Virus record (IMG/VR): IMGVR_UViG_3300047319_001136
Length of the DNA stretch: 20,000 nucleotides
Strand: one strand, 5' to 3'
From: an uncultured virus (IMG/VR IMGVR_UViG_3300047319_001136)
Taxonomy: Duplodnaviria > Heunggongvirae > Uroviricota > Caudoviricetes > Schitoviridae
How positions within the stretch are numbered: the first letter of the stretch is position 1; each line of letters starts with the position of its first letter. The position numbers and the translations under genes were made by a program. The notes under the pieces are model-generated. The model had not been told where the DNA came from. It was given only the letters and a program-made list of their open reading frames with translations, and did not search any database. This document shows positions 16,128-20,000 of this stretch, one piece after another.

Positions 16128-16163
16128 AATAGAAAGCCCTGCCCCGGGTTCAGGGGGCAAAGC
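16128..16163 (-). terminator. Probable Rho-independent terminator after the NTP pyrophosphohydrolase gene
   Basis: Minus strand GCTTTGCCCC-ctgaaccc-GGGGCAGGGC forms 10 bp including two G-U pairs, followed by TTTCTATT. The wobble pairs work only on the minus strand. Confidence 0.65.
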
Positions 16164-16187
16164 AGACATCGGTAGGAAAGGGGGTTG

Positions 16188-16688
16188 CTAGTCCAGCAGG
16201 ACCGGAATACGGGCGGGTACGAAAGCGGAGAGATCGGGCTTGAAGTAGTCCGGTCCCTTCATGATCTTGCCGTTGGCATCGACGATCGCTTTACCGTCGA
16301 CGAACTTGGACCAGTTGGACGCATTGACCTCATCCATAGCCTCGACCACCGGGAAACCACAGTGATGGGCCACACCGGTTGCCGTCACGATCTGGTCGCA
16401 GAGTGCATCCAGGAAATTGGGGCGGGCATGCGGCTCGATGGTGATGACTTCATCGGACTCTTTCAGATACCTGGCCAATGCCTTGAGGGCTACCTTCGCA
16501 TCGTGAAGCAGATACACAGCAGTAGGAGCGGTCGGAGTAATTTCCTCCAGCATCTCGGCCACTTCCTCGAAGTGGACACCTGTCTGGGTATGGAACTGCT
16601 TGCTGGTCGGTGCAGGTCGGGCCTCCTCGAACCAGGCAAAGGTAGCGCTCAGGGTATTAGCCGGCAGACTTCTCTGTTTCTTGCTCAT
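16188..16688 (-). CDS. MazG-like all-alpha NTP pyrophosphohydrolase (DR2231/PRA-PH-like), ~166 aa
   Basis: EEVAE, LDALCDQIV, EVNASNWSK and GKIMKGPDYFKPDL motifs. ATG 16688 is preceded by GGGGA. Confidence 0.88.
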   Translation of the reverse strand: MSKKQRSLPANTLSATFAWFEEARPAPTSKQFHTQTGVHFEEVAEMLEEITPTAPTAVYLLHDAKVALKALARYLKESDEVITIEPHARPNFLDALCDQIVTATGVAHHCGFPVVEAMDEVNASNWSKFVDGKAIVDANGKIMKGPDYFKPDLSAFVPARIPVLLD

Positions 16689-17010
16689 AACTTCGTTCCC
16701 CACTGGGTATGGACTTGTTCAGGAACTCCTTGACCAGCAGGTTACGCACGAAGTCCTTGATGGAAATGTGGGGGCCAAGCTGGTCAGCGAGCCAGTTCTG
16801 TTGCTGAGGTGACAGCGAGAGGAACACATCCTCCATGAATGTGCGCCTCGTATCGGCTGGGGCAATATTGAGTGCCTTCAGCCGAAGGGTGATCGTGGTT
16901 GGGTGACAGTCGAGATGCTTCGCAATGGTGGAGAGGGACAGTCCGACACTGTTGAGTCGGATGATGTCCGCATCTGTAGCCTTGCGGTTGGCCCGGTAAA
17001 CGTTAGACAT
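16657..17010 (-). CDS. Helix-turn-helix DNA-binding protein (117 aa)
   Basis: HTH pattern IIRLNSVGLSLSTIAKHLDCHPTTITLRLK. ATG 17010 has AGGGAG upstream. Confidence 0.85.
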   Translation of the reverse strand: MSNVYRANRKATDADIIRLNSVGLSLSTIAKHLDCHPTTITLRLKALNIAPADTRRTFMEDVFLSLSPQQQNWLADQLGPHISIKDFVRNLLVKEFLNKSIPSGERSYEQETEKSAG

Positions 17011-17018
17011 GAGGTGTT

Positions 17019-17077
17019 CCACTCCCTAAAAATAACCTCTAGTGTGCCATTACTAGAGTTAACTTTAAAGGGAGTGG
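17019..17077. promoter_or_regulatory. Long interrupted inverted repeat upstream of the HTH gene
   Basis: CCACTCCCT (17019-27) / AGGGAGTGG (17069-77) encloses CTCTAGT (17037-43) / ACTAGAG (17052-58). One arm contains the SD of the HTH gene. Confidence 0.7.
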
Positions 17078-17105
17078 GCATTAACCTGTGTTCGTTTACA
17101 AACAC

Positions 17106-18911
17106 TCAGGCTTTCAATTTCTTCTTGATCCGGTAAATCTGATCCTTGGAAAGCCCCGTGGCCTGGGCAATTTCCATGCTGGTGAGCTTTCCTTCCTTGA
17201 GCATTGTCTTCGCCCGGACAACCGGATCACCCTCATCCTGTCTTGGAGGTGTAACCGGTTTGACAGGTTGTGCACCAGATTGTGCCGGCCTGGTCTGGGC
17301 TTTCACCGGTTTGGTGCTTACCATCTGGGACGGTTCACTGAGGATCCGGGTGATTTCTTCACCGGTTAACTCCGGCAGACCCAGATATGCCCAGCTCTTG
17401 CGGGCCTGCTTCTTCAGATCCCGCAGATCCGTTGCTGCTGCCTGACGTAGCAGGCTCGAGTCGGCATTGCGGAGCTTGTGATACAGCGCATCAGCCCGCC
17501 TGGCCAGGCTCGGAGCTTCCGGTTCGTCTGCCCTGGTTCCGTCAACCGCCCTGGCGACTTCCTTCGGATCGACGACAGGGGCTCTGATCTCGGCGGGGGC
17601 GTCCACATCGATTGCGTGTGCCAGCTTCGGCGTCGATCTGGGCCTATCTGCCTGCTTCTCCGTCGAATTTGACATAACGTTAATTATCACCGGTTTTTCT
17701 GCAGGCGTGATTGTGACGTTGCCACCCTGCTGCGCACCAATTTTCACGTACTCCGTGATGCCGGTGTGGTTTCCGGCGATGGCCTTCGCAAGCAGCGTCT
17801 GACCTTCGACCGTATCGGTGATCGGCTGGTTACTACGCAGTTTGTTGAAATCAGCTTCCGAGAGCTCGAAGATGATGTGATAGCCACACACCCGCATCTT
17901 GTTGGCGTCGCCGTGCGGCACGGCAATGACGTCTTCCGGAGCCAGTTTGCCCATCGTGCACACGTCACCACTGAACTCCCGGATGTAGCCGCGGCGGGCC
18001 ACATGCAATCCGTTCGAGCACTCCGTATGACGGTTGTGATCGACGAGCGATGCGTCCATGTGCACGTAGCTGCCGACGGTCTGCGAGACCTTGCGGGTGT
18101 GGCAGTCCACGTAGCGGCCCTTCTCGGACGGATGCCGGCGCAGGATCTTGTAGATGATGATCGAGCCGTCTTCCGCGATGGGCAGATCCGCCCGGCGCAT
18201 GAACTTCAGCAGGTCATCCACCGAGTGACTGCGCTGGTCCACCACGTTGGCCATGCGCTGCATGAACTTCTCGACGGCAGTGGTCGAGCCGAGCTTCACC
18301 GCATTGGCGAGCTGCGGCTTGATGCGCTCGATGTTCGGCACGAGGGTCTTGCGACCATCCTCGCGCTCGACCACAGCTACCACCGTATCGCCGTCCTTGT
18401 CGTTGTCATCGGCATTGACCGACTTCTCCGAGAAGTGCGCGGAGCTGACCGGTACCGCATGCTTCATGATGTCTTCGAGTGCGGCATCGAGCTGGTCAAC
18501 CTGCTGCGCAACCGGAGCCGCAGACGCATCAGATACAGCCGGCGTCCAAGCCGGCATACTGCCATCCGTAGGACGTGCATCTTTCTCCTGGTTCGGAATG
18601 TTGCCGAGTTGCTGATCCGGTACCCGGTTAGCGAAGAAGTCAGTTACTGTCTTCTTCGCCATGCGGAACAGGCGCACCATCGAGCCACCCTTCTGCGCCT
18701 GCTGCTCGAACTGCGCGAAGGTACCGGTTTCGCCAGCCTGGCCCACTTCGACCCAGGCGATACCACCCTGCTTCAGAATCGGTGTCACCTCGGCAAGGAT
18801 ACGGGCAACCCGTGAGTCACCCTGTGGAATGTCGATGGTCGAGCCATCTTCCTGATAGAGCCTGAGCCGTTGCACATCGACGACAGCGGCCACAATACGA
18901 ACCTTGTTCAT
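17106..18911 (-). CDS. rIIB: RIIB-like protein with C-terminal HTH extension (601 aa)
   Basis: rIIB core motifs LPIAEDGSIIIYK, DCHT, ECSNGLHV, PEDVIAVP and KMRVCGY. It directly follows rIIA. Confidence 0.9.
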   Translation of the reverse strand: MNKVRIVAAVVDVQRLRLYQEDGSTIDIPQGDSRVARILAEVTPILKQGGIAWVEVGQAGETGTFAQFEQQAQKGGSMVRLFRMAKKTVTDFFANRVPDQQLGNIPNQEKDARPTDGSMPAWTPAVSDASAAPVAQQVDQLDAALEDIMKHAVPVSSAHFSEKSVNADDNDKDGDTVVAVVEREDGRKTLVPNIERIKPQLANAVKLGSTTAVEKFMQRMANVVDQRSHSVDDLLKFMRRADLPIAEDGSIIIYKILRRHPSEKGRYVDCHTRKVSQTVGSYVHMDASLVDHNRHTECSNGLHVARRGYIREFSGDVCTMGKLAPEDVIAVPHGDANKMRVCGYHIIFELSEADFNKLRSNQPITDTVEGQTLLAKAIAGNHTGITEYVKIGAQQGGNVTITPAEKPVIINVMSNSTEKQADRPRSTPKLAHAIDVDAPAEIRAPVVDPKEVARAVDGTRADEPEAPSLARRADALYHKLRNADSSLLRQAAATDLRDLKKQARKSWAYLGLPELTGEEITRILSEPSQMVSTKPVKAQTRPAQSGAQPVKPVTPPRQDEGDPVVRAKTMLKEGKLTSMEIAQATGLSKDQIYRIKKKLKA

Positions 18912-18914
18912 GTT

Positions 18915-20000
18915 TTAACCTTTAAGGGCGAGCAGCAGGATCTCTTTGGTCCGTTCGATCTGAGCTGCGTGTTTGATGGGATCCTGCTTCATGACTTCCT
19001 GGATGCGGTTGACGTCCAGCAGTTCCAGCAGCCCGTTATTTGCCATGCTGTCGTGAAACTGGGCAGCGATAGGACTGATGGGCTGTGCCTTGATGAACTG
19101 CACGGTCTGTTCGTACTCCGGATGTTTCTCGATTGCCTGCCTTCCACCATAGCTGTTGGCAACTGATTCGATCCGCTCCCAGAGACTCCAGTACGTCCTG
19201 TCTTCCGCAGTCAGGTTCTTCACCAGACCAAACTGCTTGCGTAGCACTTCCGCGCGCATGGCCATCCGGTAAATATTCTGGCCAGCAGTGTCCCGCCGAC
19301 AGACCCGGAACGTGGCGAACTGTAACCACTCAGCAATGGTGGGGCTGGTCTGGAGGTAGGCGCACACCTTGCGAATCAGGTAGGTGTCCACATCAAGTGC
19401 ACCAGTCTTCGCCAGTTTTTCTTCCTGGATCGCTGTGGTAACCATGGCCCCTTTTGAGCCAAAGAGAGAAATCACCTGCCCGACGTAGAAGCCGGTTACC
19501 AGCCCACTCAGCTTGTTATCCCGGCGACCGTCCCTATCCTTCTTCGGCAGGCGGGCAAACCACTCCGGTGCGATGATGCGAGGTGCATCCGGGGCCAGGC
19601 AGCGCTCCAGCGCCACAAACTTTCCGTCCTTTTCGGTGGCGCTGAAGCATGCATAGCCCTCCTTCTTCGGTGCGGCTGGTGCACGGACTTCCGGTACCAC
19701 GATCGACTGGCTTTCCCACGGATGGGCAATGGTCAGATCGAGCACGGTCATGCCCTGTGCCGTGAAGAACTCACGGGCCGCCTCCACCCGCTTTTGCACA
19801 CGGGGCACGGTGTAGATCAGGTAGCCCAGGGCCGAGCCTTCCTTCTCCTGGATCTCCGGGAACCGGCCTACCTGCTTTTCCGCGTCGATACGGCTGTACG
19901 ACAGCACGACGAGGTTGCGCAGATACGGCAGGTAGTGCTCCATCGGCAGCCGGGCAGCGTCCGTCACACGGGCGACGCTTTCCACCTGACGCTTGAACGA
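18915..20000 (-). CDS. rIIA: RIIA-like protein, C-terminal part (truncated by the window)
   Basis: The frame stays open to the window edge and it ends 3 nt before the rIIB ATG. The call rests on synteny, because the diagnostic N-terminal ATPase domain is outside the window. Confidence 0.72.
   Translation of the reverse strand, partial: SFKRQVESVARVTDAARLPMEHYLPYLRNLVVLSYSRIDAEKQVGRFPEIQEKEGSALGYLIYTVPRVQKRVEAAREFFTAQGMTVLDLTIAHPWESQSIVVPEVRAPAAPKKEGYACFSATEKDGKFVALERCLAPDAPRIIAPEWFARLPKKDRDGRRDNKLSGLVTGFYVGQVISLFGSKGAMVTTAIQEEKLAKTGALDVDTYLIRKVCAYLQTSPTIAEWLQFATFRVCRRDTAGQNIYRMAMRAEVLRKQFGLVKNLTAEDRTYWSLWERIESVANSYGGRQAIEKHPEYEQTVQFIKAQPISPIAAQFHDSMANNGLLELLDVNRIQEVMKQDPIKHAAQIERTKEILLLALKG

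Larger units (their letters stand above)
1..20000. other. N4-like (Schitoviridae) bacteriophage genome segment: vRNAP end plus replication module
   Basis: A giant Cys-free ORF converges with an rIIA-rIIB-helicase-PolA-nuclease-primase-ATPase-SSB-resolvase operon, the conserved N4-like synteny. No host genes or integrase are visible. Confidence 0.96.

Noticed and set aside
17669..17700. Perfect TTGACA on the + strand inside rIIB (possible antisense sigma70 promoter)
   Set aside because: There is no acceptable -10 hexamer at 16-18 bp spacing.
5976..18815. Many + strand ORFs of 100-350 aa opposite the replication genes
   Set aside because: They are antisense shadows with no recognisable motifs, and the minus-strand genes already tile the region.

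Overview
This window comes from an N4-like (Schitoviridae) lytic podovirus genome of roughly 60% GC (estimated by eye). Positions 1-4631 (+) encode the cysteine-free C-terminal ~1540 aa of the giant virion-encapsidated RNA polymerase, ending at a perfect bidirectional terminator. Converging on it from the right is the minus-strand middle/replication operon. In transcription order it carries rIIA (partial), rIIB, an HTH protein, a MazG-like NTP pyrophosphohydrolase, an SF1 helicase, a hypothetical protein, a family A DNA polymerase, a hypothetical protein, DUF3310, a PD-(D/E)XK nuclease, a primase, an AAA (Sak4-like) ATPase, SSB, a RuvC-like resolvase, an Ala/Pro-tailed protein and a small membrane protein. 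The gene order is the core N4 layout, and I saw no tRNA, CRISPR array, intron, intein or mobile element. I cannot demonstrate a wholly new multi-gene system. The best leads are: (i) a gluzincin-type HExxH...E site in the vRNAP C-terminal domain; (ii) a small protein ending in a copy of the SSB 'SLF' terminal motif; (iii) long structured intergenic elements, several masking ribosome-binding sites and two sharing a ~20-nt motif; (iv) an rIIB-HTH fusion followed by a palindromic spacer and a second HTH gene; and (v) a hydrophobic insertion just before motif A of the polymerase. All family assignments come from motif recognition and recalled synteny; no searches were run.
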